From: a virus
Lineage: Duplodnaviria; Heunggongvirae; Uroviricota; Caudoviricetes
Virus record (IMG/VR): IMGVR_UViG_3300028601_000019
Span: 68,130-132,129 of that record
Length of the DNA stretch: 64,000 nt
Strand: one strand, 5' to 3'
This document shows, piece after piece, positions 12,217 to 20,387 of the stretch; the stretch's first letter is position 1, and every line of letters starts with the position of its first letter. The notes below the pieces were generated by a model. The model did not search any database. It worked only from the letters and a program-made list of their open reading frames with translations, and was not told the origin of the DNA. Both the position numbers and the translations under genes were made by a program.

Positions 12217-12792
12217 ATGCCTACTAAAATACAAGGTGGAATAGATAAGGTCCAAGATGGTGTAGTTGGTCTATCTGACTGTGACACAGAATTATATGGA
12301 AAGATTACTGCTTTAACTACTATTAATCTAGGTGAAGCAAAGACTGCAAGTGGAACTGTTGTTGATTTTACTGGGATTCCTGCTGGTGTTAAAAGAGTTA
12401 CGGTGATGTTTGATGGTGTTTCTGTTAGTGGTACAAGTTTTCCATTGTTTCAGCTAGGCGATAGCGGTGGAATTGAAAACACAGGGTATGTTGTAACAAC
12501 TTCTGTTAATGTAGTTGGAACAGCAGAAATAACAAGCACCGCTGGTTTTCCTTTATATTCAAACTATGCAGCTAATACCATACAAGGTGCAATTGTTTTT
12601 TGTTTAGTAAATGATACAACAAATTCTTGGGTTGGTAGTGGTAGTTTTGGTGTTCAAGGTGGCGTTACTTCTTGTATTTATTTAGGCGGTCGCAAATCTC
12701 TCTCCAATACCCTAGACCGCCTCAGAATCACCACAGTAAACGGCACAGATGAATTTGACGCTGGCACAATTAATATTAGTTGGGAGTTCTAA
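12217..12792 (+). CDS. Receptor-binding protein 2
   Basis: SGTVVDFTGIPAGVKRVTVMFDGVS...LDRLRITTVNGTDEFDAGTINISWEF. Confidence 0.7.
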   Translation: MPTKIQGGIDKVQDGVVGLSDCDTELYGKITALTTINLGEAKTASGTVVDFTGIPAGVKRVTVMFDGVSVSGTSFPLFQLGDSGGIENTGYVVTTSVNVVGTAEITSTAGFPLYSNYAANTIQGAIVFCLVNDTTNSWVGSGSFGVQGGVTSCIYLGGRKSLSNTLDRLRITTVNGTDEFDAGTINISWEF

Positions 12793-12795
12793 CAC

Positions 12796-13236
12796 ATGGC
12801 AAGTATTATAAAGGTAGATAGAATTTTAGATTCAACTGAAGTTGGTGCTGTAGATATTCCAGGTGGTGTTGAAACTACTCAGTTAGTTGCAGATACATGG
12901 AAGAGCCAAGATGGAACAGAAAATTATAAATGCAAAGCTTTCGTAAACTTTGATGGAACTACTACTCCACCAAATATTAGGGCATCTGGGAATGTTAGTA
13001 GTGTTGCAAGGATTGATGTTGGAAGATATGAAATTAATTTTGCAAATGATATGGAAGACACTCTTTATACTGTTGTTTCTAGCCATAATAGTACAAATGG
13101 AAGTAATTTTAGTTATGGGACTTATATGGTAAAATCTTTTAGATATACAACATCTAAATGCAGAGTAGTTACACAACAATCGGGAGCAAATGCATATTAT
13201 AATTTTAGTGAAGTATATATAGCAATCTTCCGCTAA
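12796..13236 (+). CDS. Tail fibre-tip-like protein
   Basis: CKAFVNFDG...IRASGNVSSV...GRYEINFANDMED..Y.V motif, within the fibre cassette. Confidence 0.6.
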   Translation: MASIIKVDRILDSTEVGAVDIPGGVETTQLVADTWKSQDGTENYKCKAFVNFDGTTTPPNIRASGNVSSVARIDVGRYEINFANDMEDTLYTVVSSHNSTNGSNFSYGTYMVKSFRYTTSKCRVVTQQSGANAYYNFSEVYIAIFR

Positions 13237-13261
13237 ATAAGTTACATAAGGAACCAAAAAT

Positions 13262-13459
13262 ATGAAATGTATTATATATCCAACAAATGATTCAATAGCG
13301 GTAATGGCTCCTTCTGGTGTTCTTTCTGTAGAAGAAACATCACTAAAAGATGTTCCAACAGGTGTTCCATTCTTTATAGTAGAACACACAGAACTTCCTA
13401 TAGAACCACAAGAAACGTGGGAAGTAGACTTTAGTAATCCAGATGGATACGGAGCTTAA
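13262..13459 (+). CDS. Small tail-fibre-associated chaperone-like protein
   Basis: IIYP...KDVPTGVPFFIV...ELP...WEVDF. Confidence 0.55.
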   Translation: MKCIIYPTNDSIAVMAPSGVLSVEETSLKDVPTGVPFFIVEHTELPIEPQETWEVDFSNPDGYGA

Positions 13460-13672
13460 ATGAAAATTACAATAAACAAAGATAAGTTAAACGAAATGAA
13501 AAGACAGGAAGTTATTTCAAATCGTTCTCAAGCATATATTAAAGAATCTGATCCATTAAAAGTAGAAGCAGAATATGATGCTATGAAAAATGAAACAGAT
13601 CCAGACTATACTAAATGGGTGGAAAAGGTTGCTGAAATAAAAGCAAGATATCCATTCCCAGAGGTGGTTTAA
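13460..13672 (+). CDS. Small tail-fibre chaperone-like protein
   Basis: R..AY..ESDPL...W......IKARYP motif. Confidence 0.55.
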   Translation: MKITINKDKLNEMKRQEVISNRSQAYIKESDPLKVEAEYDAMKNETDPDYTKWVEKVAEIKARYPFPEVV

Positions 13673-14272
13673 ATGTCAATAAGTTTAAAAGCTAATTCAG
13701 ATGGTAGTTCAGAAATACTAAATGGTGTTGCTACTGCTATTAAGATAAATGCAGATAATAGTTTAGAGAATCCTACAATAGATGGGAAATTAGATAAGAG
13801 TGAAAACATTGTATTAGGCGCAAGTGTAATAGCTTCTGGGGTTGCTGTAGATTTTACTGGGATTCCTGCTGGTGTTAAAAGAATTACAGTGATGTTTGAT
13901 GGTGTAAGTACTAGTGGGACGAGTGATATGATATTACGTATAGGTAGTGGAAGTATAGAAAAAACTGGATATGCTGGATATGTTGCTAGGATTGGTGGAA
14001 CTAATGCATTTCAAATTATGACAACGGGGTTCGACCTTCAAGAATCTTGTGCTGCTACATACTTACATGAAGGTAAAAGTGTGCTAGAACGTCTAACAAC
14101 TTTGGATTGGAGTTGTGTTAATTTTATGACTGCAAACAATCAAAATGCAACAGTGAATCTTGGTGTTGGGTCCAAAACACTTACAGGAACACTTGACCGC
14201 ATCCGCATCACAACAGTAAACGGCACAGACACATTTGACGCTGGTACAATTAATATAAGCTGGGAGTTCTAG
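13673..14272 (+). CDS. Receptor-binding protein 3
   Basis: Third copy of the DFTGIPAGVKRITVMFDGVS...ISWEF module. Confidence 0.7.
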   Translation: MSISLKANSDGSSEILNGVATAIKINADNSLENPTIDGKLDKSENIVLGASVIASGVAVDFTGIPAGVKRITVMFDGVSTSGTSDMILRIGSGSIEKTGYAGYVARIGGTNAFQIMTTGFDLQESCAATYLHEGKSVLERLTTLDWSCVNFMTANNQNATVNLGVGSKTLTGTLDRIRITTVNGTDTFDAGTINISWEF

Positions 14273-14275
14273 CTA

Positions 14276-14327
14276 TGTGTTAGATTTAGTAATCTATAAA
14301 TAATAGAGCAATACTAAATCTAACACA
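14276..14327. terminator. Perfect 16-bp inverted repeat between convergent operons
   Basis: tgtgttagatttagta (14276-14291) and tactaaatctaacaca (14312-14327), with a 20-nt spacer. Confidence 0.7.
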
Positions 14328-14337
14328 TGAGGTGTCT

Positions 14338-14616
14338 TTAGTTTTTTGGTGGTCTTCCTGGCTTCCGTTTAGATTCTTCAGAATTTTTAACATCTTTTAA
14401 GGGATCTTGCTTTACATGGGGCTTTACATTTTGAAAAAGATTTTTAATAAATGTAGATGTCCCATGTATTTCACAAACATCTTCTGTTGAAATGACTCTA
14501 AATGGTGCTTTTAGATGTTCTTCAAGAAAGTTAATCCCATCATTTGTATCTTTTGCAATAATATTGCATTTCCAATTTACTTCATTCAACATATATTCAA
14601 TTCTAATAACTTTCAC
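14338..14616 (-). CDS. Hypothetical protein with C-terminal AT-hook-like KRKPGRPPK
   Basis: Intact ORF downstream of the clamp gene. Confidence 0.6.
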   Translation of the reverse strand: MKVIRIEYMLNEVNWKCNIIAKDTNDGINFLEEHLKAPFRVISTEDVCEIHGTSTFIKNLFQNVKPHVKQDPLKDVKNSEESKRKPGRPPKN

Positions 14617-15372
14617 CTAAACCTCCAATTTTGATGTTAAGTAATAATTTTCAATATCTTCAGAATCCTTATTTGCTCTGGTACATGTCATAAGACCCAT
14701 ATCTTTTTCTTTAACATAGATGAAATTCAAGACATAAGAAACATCATTATCAAGTACAGAAAAAAGATTCATCATATTAGAAAAATCAAAACAAATTGAG
14801 ATATCTTTAGATTCTACATTTTCAGCAATATCAAATGAAAGACCATTAGAGAATTTGTTCTTCTTATCAGTAGTTTCCATCTGTAAAATATTATTTATTA
14901 CATTAAAATAAATCTTTCCAAACTTATTACCAATTTTCTTAATTTTATTAAAGGTATCTAAAAATTCATCATTAACATCAATGGAGATAAAAGGTGTAAA
15001 TTTGCCTTTTGGCTCTGATGCTCCGAATTTCGCAGGAATTTCAGGTTCACAAAAGAATAAGTTTGACTTCTGTTTTCCATTCTTTAAAACGAGCTTTTCA
15101 TCTCTAACCAATAGTTCTGCTTCTTCAGAATCTATAAGATTTAAATATGGAACCAGTGAACTGTTTGGATCAATAAAGTTAAAAGATAGTGTTTCTTTAT
15201 TTTCTCTAAAAATATCGTTTCTAATATCCAAACACGCAATTGCATCATTAGACTTGGTAATCATTTTCGATACTACTCGATCTGGAGTAATATCACAACT
15301 AAAAGAATTGATGGAATAGTTGAGTGTTGCCTTCTTTAACAAAGTATTGAATTTTTTTACATTAACAATCAT
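14617..15372 (-). CDS. 45: Sliding clamp (gp45-like)
   Basis: About 250 aa, next to the clamp-loader genes, matching T4 gene order 44-62-45 components. Confidence 0.65.
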   Translation of the reverse strand: MIVNVKKFNTLLKKATLNYSINSFSCDITPDRVVSKMITKSNDAIACLDIRNDIFRENKETLSFNFIDPNSSLVPYLNLIDSEEAELLVRDEKLVLKNGKQKSNLFFCEPEIPAKFGASEPKGKFTPFISIDVNDEFLDTFNKIKKIGNKFGKIYFNVINNILQMETTDKKNKFSNGLSFDIAENVESKDISICFDFSNMMNLFSVLDNDVSYVLNFIYVKEKDMGLMTCTRANKDSEDIENYYLTSKLEV

Positions 15373-15396
15373 AAGAGCTCCTTAACATTTTTTCTT

Positions 15397-15425
15397 ATTT
15401 TAAACATATTAAAATACAATGTAAA
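15397..15425 (-). promoter_or_regulatory. Early-type promoter TTTACA-N17-TAAAAT
   Basis: Exact 17-nt spacer, upstream of the clamp gene. Confidence 0.6.
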
Positions 15426-15764
15426 CTAAAAGAAATCTTTAAAAAGTTTGATTTCTTTCTTTGAAAGATTATATTTTGTTTTTAATGATTCTTTATTAGT
15501 ACTTTCTTTTTCATTCTTTTCTTTTTTAGTAAATTTAATAAATCTTTTCTTCTTTGAAATTTTATCAAAATAATATTCATAAATTGCTTCCGATGGCATA
15601 TTAAAGATAAATGGATTTATTCTATTAACTACTTCAATACAATCTGATGCATGACTTAACCAAAGACTCACCATATAGCCAGAGAAGTCTTTTTTGTTAA
15701 TTTCAATTCTCTTCTTTTCATTGATGGAATTAAGAAAATCGAAAATTGTCTGCTTTTCATCCAT
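15426..15764 (-). CDS. 62: Clamp loader small subunit (gp62-like)
   Basis: IFDFLNSINEKK...YMVSLWLS...VNRIN...YEYY...I.KKKRFIKF. Confidence 0.75.
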   Translation of the reverse strand: MDEKQTIFDFLNSINEKKRIEINKKDFSGYMVSLWLSHASDCIEVVNRINPFIFNMPSEAIYEYYFDKISKKKRFIKFTKKEKNEKESTNKESLKTKYNLSKKEIKLFKDFF

Positions 15765-16654
15765 TATAGAATACCTTTCTTTATCATTTCAAAGAAGAAT
15801 GCCATAAAGTTAATTTCCTTAATAGCAACAAAAGAATCCCTATAAAGATATTCACCAAGAGCAATTACAAAATCACCTGGACTCTTTGTTTCTGGGGCTT
15901 TTTCATAAAGATAATTATAAAATGCAGGATAGTCAACACCTTCAGAACGAAGAGTTTTTCTAATAGAATCAATATCTGCTTCTTTCATCAGTTTATAAAT
16001 GCTTTCAAAAACATCAGAGGTTGTTGAAATTTTAACGGTGTCAAAAATACCATTTACACAGTTTAATTGAAGAGTATTGACAATTTGACGAATATCAGGA
16101 TAATGAGCCTTAATAATCTCAACTACACCAGATTTATTTTTAACCTCAATGTTTTCAGCTTTAAGAATTTTGAAACAAAATTTAAGAATTTGATCTTTAG
16201 GTGGATTATTTAGATCAATTGTTTGACATCTAGATTTAAGCTCATCAATGATCTTTTGAGGATAGTTAGCAAGAAAGAAAAATCTACAGTTCTTCTGAAC
16301 AGATTCACTCAAATCTCTAATTGCTGCTTGAGCATTTTGAGAAAGGAAATCCGCTTCATTAAGATAAACTATTTTTTTCTCTGTAAATCCTAAAGATGTC
16401 GCAAAAGATTTAACTGTGTCACGAACAACATCAACAGAATTTTCATCAGAAGCATTCAACTTAATAGAATCATATCCTGTTTCTTTAAGAAGAATATCCA
16501 TAAAGGTACCTTTACCGGTACCGGGCTTTCCAGCTAAGAGGATAGTGGGGCACTCCTTAATAACCTTTTTAAGAACATTTTTCTTTTCATCAGATAGTAT
16601 CATCTCATCTAATGATTGTGGTGCGTATTTAAAACACCAAATTTCTTGTTCCAC
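15764..16654 (-). CDS. 44: Clamp loader large subunit (gp44 / RFC-like AAA+)
   Basis: WCFKYAPQSLDEMIL, GKPGTGKGT, LNASDE, SRC motif. Confidence 0.92.
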   Translation of the reverse strand: MEQEIWCFKYAPQSLDEMILSDEKKNVLKKVIKECPTILLAGKPGTGKGTFMDILLKETGYDSIKLNASDENSVDVVRDTVKSFATSLGFTEKKIVYLNEADFLSQNAQAAIRDLSESVQKNCRFFFLANYPQKIIDELKSRCQTIDLNNPPKDQILKFCFKILKAENIEVKNKSGVVEIIKAHYPDIRQIVNTLQLNCVNGIFDTVKISTTSDVFESIYKLMKEADIDSIRKTLRSEGVDYPAFYNYLYEKAPETKSPGDFVIALGEYLYRDSFVAIKEINFMAFFFEMIKKGIL

Positions 16655-16657
16655 AAA

Positions 16658-16945
16658 TTACTCCTTATTAAAATCTAACATTTTTGAAACACTTTCATCT
16701 ACGGGTTTAGATGGGTTTAAATGAATTTCCTTTGCTACTTGAATATTGAATCCTTTATTAATAGTAACACAGCTTCCTTCATTGTAAACTACAATATTTT
16801 TTGCCAGCTTAATGCCAATGGTATTCTCATCAATATCTACTATTTTATCTATAATATCAAGTAATGCCAATTGTATTTTATCCATTTTTTTAACAAGCTC
16901 AGTTCTTTCAAATGTTGAAAGTGCACTATATTCTTTTCTAGTCAT
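16658..16945 (-). CDS. Hypothetical protein downstream of PAAR
   Basis: Intact ORF. Its C-terminal beta-rich stretch IQVAKEIHLNP resembles the gp5 terminus. Confidence 0.6.
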   Translation of the reverse strand: MTRKEYSALSTFERTELVKKMDKIQLALLDIIDKIVDIDENTIGIKLAKNIVVYNEGSCVTINKGFNIQVAKEIHLNPSKPVDESVSKMLDFNKE

Positions 16946-16947
16946 AA

Positions 16948-17232
16948 TTAATCTCCTGCAAAAACATTACTACTTCCTTGAATCATTGTGGATCCGCAAC
17001 TAACCGAATCCCCTATTCTGCAAACGCCCCTTGAATTAACAAAAACTGTAAGACTTGAAGAAGAAGCTACACCGTCATGGCAAGATTCGCAACAATGGGT
17101 GATCCAGTGATCCCCTAACCTATGTGTCCCTTTGTTATTAACAATAACGTTTGAACTTGCTTCATCATTCGGTCTTGATGGTCAACATCCATGACCAGAA
17201 CAAACATCTCCAAGTCTTACAACTCCGGGCAT
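16948..17232 (-). CDS. 5.4: PAAR spike-tip protein (gp5.4-like), 94 aa, code 4; absent from the ORF track
   Basis: MPGVVRLGDVCSGHGC-W-PSRP...HRLGDHWITHCC..CH...TVFVN...RIGD...GSSNVFAG, with TGA at 17182-17184. Confidence 0.92.
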
Positions 17233-17233
17233 T

Positions 17234-18292
17234 TTATTTAAGCTCCCTATTAAAAAGTTTTAAATGTCTATTAAACCATTTTAATTCATTACCTTCAAAT
17301 CAAAGATCATGTTTCAAGGTTTCATAATCTTTCTTTCATACTTCTCTTTGTATATCAAGATTATAAGCATGATTTTCTATATGTGTAATAAAATCACTTG
17401 CTGACTTAGCTTTTAAAGTAGCATTTTTATATGGTTCAATATCTTGAAAGATTCCACAGATGCCAGATGCGACATATTCTTGAAACTTAATATTAGATTT
17501 TGACTTATTAAAATCATTCACTTCTAATGGTGCAATAGCTAAATTAGGGGCAATATTTTTAATAAACTCCGGATACTCGAAATATGATTGCCATCCATGA
17601 ACATATACCTTTTTATTGTCTTTGAGTTCAAAGGGGGCACCACCAATAAAATGTCAATCAAAACGATCTACAGTACTTTTAATATAATCAATGAGTTCTG
17701 ATTGAAAATCTCCACCAGGCCCCTTTTGATTAAAGTGTGTAGATGATCCAGGATAAAGAATTTTTGGTTTAATATATGTTTTTGAAAGATCGAATTTTGG
17801 TTCTTTTCATAAAAATTTTGGAATATAATTTGGAACAACAGAAATATTGGAGTTATACTTTAAAAGTCTATTTCTCAAAAATTCTGTAGATACTGTGATT
17901 CCATCTACAGTTGACAATGCTTCTTCAATATATTTTGCTCTTTCCATATAATAAGATGACGCTATATTGATTTCTGGAATATCAAATACAAAATCATCAT
18001 AATCTGCAATAACAGGAGCCTGTCTAATTCTATGTTTAATATCTTTAATCATTTTTGCATGTGATTCTTCTGCAGGTCGCTGAAATTTTACAAAAAACAT
18101 ATTTTCATAAAATTTAGGATCGGAAATATATGAATATCCATATGTTGAAATAAAAGAAGCTGCTTTGTATCTAAAACTGGTCATCAAAATAGAAGGAATT
18201 CAGGTTCTAATAATCCCACACCCACCACAATCAGCACCTCAAGTGTGAAACATAAATTTACCCTGAGGTTTTATAGTGATTTTTTTAGACAT
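17234..18292 (-). CDS. GT-B glycosyltransferase, 352 aa, code 4 (6 TGA)
   Basis: ADCGGCGIIRT-W-IP, ADYDD, DGITVSTEFL, VVPNYIP, LAIAPLEVNDFNKSKSNIKFQEY. Confidence 0.8.
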
Positions 18293-18521
18293 TTAAACCT
18301 TCTTTCATAACTACAGATTTAATGTAAGCATCTTGCACACTTTGAGCATCCTTAAGTTCCCCAAGAAGAACTTTATAATCATAAATTACTTCTTGTTTGG
18401 TGTAGACTTCTCCATTTGGGCCAAACAAAACATTCTGGCCCTTCTCACAAAAAGCACACTTTTTATCTTCCATCATAAAATCAGGTGGAAGAAATTCTCT
18501 ACATTTTACACAAAGTCCCAT
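18285..18521 (-). CDS. Small Zn-finger protein (CxxC...CxxC)
   Basis: CVKC...CAFC. Confidence 0.6.
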   Translation of the reverse strand: MGLCVKCREFLPPDFMMEDKKCAFCEKGQNVLFGPNGEVYTKQEVIYDYKVLLGELKDAQSVQDAYIKSVVMKEGLNV

Positions 18522-18533
18522 TAAGTTTTCTCC

Positions 18534-18911
18534 TTATCTACATTTTCTTGAAAGATTACTATCAACATAAAAAAGCATGTGTTCCAACTTTTTATAATGT
18601 TTACACACAGTTACAAACTCTTTGCATTCTAAATCATACACGAAAGCCATTCTGTAGCTTAGCAGATTATCCCAGGAGCCTTTTCTTTCAAAGAACATAA
18701 GGTACTTTGACAATCTACCAGGAACGCTCAGAAGATGATCTATGATAGTAGGAATGCCTATTACATCTTTAAAAGTTTTAAATTCAATATCATTTCCATT
18801 ACAACACAAATCAAAATAACACTTATCTGAATAATCACAGTTATATTTTAAAGATCATAAATTTAGATAATGATGCTCTATTGCTTCACCATCAATAACA
18901 GATATAAACAT
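18534..18911 (-). CDS. Hypothetical protein, 125 aa or longer, code 4
   Basis: Track ORF extends through one TGA to ATG 18911. The frame stays open further upstream (see frameshift finding). Confidence 0.55.
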
Positions 18912-18925
18912 TTCATCTTCTGTTC

Positions 18926-19045
18926 TTAATTTACCATAAAAAGTTTTCTTATTATATAGTTTGGAGTTTTTAAACTTTTATCAATTTGTCATTGTTTAAC
19001 TCATGGAGTAAAAAACTCCTCATGCTTGTCAACAAAGAAATCCAT
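18926..19045 (-). CDS. 39-aa ORF coupled to the gp52 stop (TAATG), 2 TGA
   Basis: MDFFVDKHEEFFTP-W-VKQ-W-QIDKSLK; may continue by a -1 shift into 18534-18974. Confidence 0.4.
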
Positions 19046-20352
19046 TAGAACTTTTCCTTTAGACAAAACTCTTTAAGATCTTCTAAGTCTTTAATGTATA
19101 ACTCTTCTTTAGTTATATTTTCAAAGTATTTTCGTTGTTCTAAAAATCCCTTAATCTTTTCTTTCAATTCTTCAATAGTATCCCTATTTATATTAGAAAT
19201 GCTCATCTTGAGAAATTTCTCAAGATTTTCTTCAGAAAAATCTTTTGAAAAATCTAACCAAATCTTATCTTTTTTCTTATTCTTAAAATCATATTCCATG
19301 GCTGCTTTAATAAACTTAATCTTTTCCATATTGAAGCTAATAAGATCAGTATACTCTTGAATCCTTTTAAGACGTCTCTTCTCAAAAATCTTAATTCTAA
19401 AATCTACAAAATAATTAATAATCTCTTTTGGAGAATTAAAGATTTTAAGATTTTCATTTTCGTCAATGCATGTGAGATTATAATTAACATTGTTATAAAG
19501 TTTAAGATGTTTGATTGGATCTTCCCAAACTTTAGATTTTTTGGGAAGGGAAACAACAATGTCCCATTCTTCTTTAGAATTGTCAGTAAACCCAGTAATT
19601 AGATTTTTATCAATAAGAGTATTCAAATATGAAACATACTTTTCCCGATCATATGATGTTGGAATCTCTGTAATATGAATCTTAGTCTCATTGATCTTTC
19701 TAAAAATCCCGGTTTGAATAAGATTTCCTTCTTCATCTTGAATTAAAGCACCCCTATACCCTTTACAGAAGGGGTAGATGTCCTTGCTGGTGCCCCCGGA
19801 TAAGATCTTAATAGACTCATCAATTAAATCAAAAATATTGAAGCTGGGAATATCACACGCAAATCCTACAGCAATACCTTTAATACCATTAAGTAAGATG
19901 GTTGGAACAATTGGTAAATAATAAAGCGGCTCAGGATTTTCTGGATCGGGGTTCTTTGGGCATAGGTCAAAATCCTTAAAAAGATATGGAATGACTTTTG
20001 CTGCTTTTACATAGGTGTATCTTGTAGCAGATGGTTCATTAATAAATCTGTTTCCAAATGCACCTTTCGAATCCAACAAAGGAACATTATTGGATCCAAC
20101 AAATGTCTGTGCCATTAGTGATGCGGCAGATCCACCTGCACCATCACCGTGATTATAACCGGCCTTAGAAATTAGATTTCCTGCAAGAGAAGCAGTTTTA
20201 ATAAATTCCTTCTGATCTTTGATTAGGAAAAAGATTTTTCTATGAACAGCTTTGAAGCCATCTGCAATTCCAGGAACTGCCCTGGAGTAAAGAACATATT
20301 TTGAATAACTTTTGTATTCATCATTAATAAATTCTGTAATATTTTTCTTCAT
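19045..20352 (-). CDS. 52: Type II DNA topoisomerase, GyrA/ParC-like subunit (gp52)
   Basis: RAVPGIADGFKAVHRKI, YNHGD, SATRY active-site Tyr, PTILLNG..GIAVGFA. Confidence 0.95.
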   Translation of the reverse strand: MKKNITEFINDEYKSYSKYVLYSRAVPGIADGFKAVHRKIFFLIKDQKEFIKTASLAGNLISKAGYNHGDGAGGSAASLMAQTFVGSNNVPLLDSKGAFGNRFINEPSATRYTYVKAAKVIPYLFKDFDLCPKNPDPENPEPLYYLPIVPTILLNGIKGIAVGFACDIPSFNIFDLIDESIKILSGGTSKDIYPFCKGYRGALIQDEEGNLIQTGIFRKINETKIHITEIPTSYDREKYVSYLNTLIDKNLITGFTDNSKEEWDIVVSLPKKSKVWEDPIKHLKLYNNVNYNLTCIDENENLKIFNSPKEIINYFVDFRIKIFEKRRLKRIQEYTDLISFNMEKIKFIKAAMEYDFKNKKKDKIWLDFSKDFSEENLEKFLKMSISNINRDTIEELKEKIKGFLEQRKYFENITKEELYIKDLEDLKEFCLKEKF

Positions 20353-20387
20353 ATATGTAATATATCCTATTATCATTTAAAAGTAAA

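Noticed and set aside
10611-13389. Minus-strand track ORFs over the fibre cassette (e.g. 10999-11451, 12883-13389)
   Set aside because: These are antisense shadows of well-supported plus-strand genes, with no RBS or motifs.
10571-14272. Diversity-generating retroelement or invertase shufflon
   Set aside because: No reverse transcriptase or recombinase in the window. The repeats are all coding and in direct orientation, and the differences are not adenine-specific.
14981-16724. Plus-strand track ORFs 14981-15319 and 16416-16724
   Set aside because: They are antisense to the clamp and clamp-loader genes and have no recognisable features.
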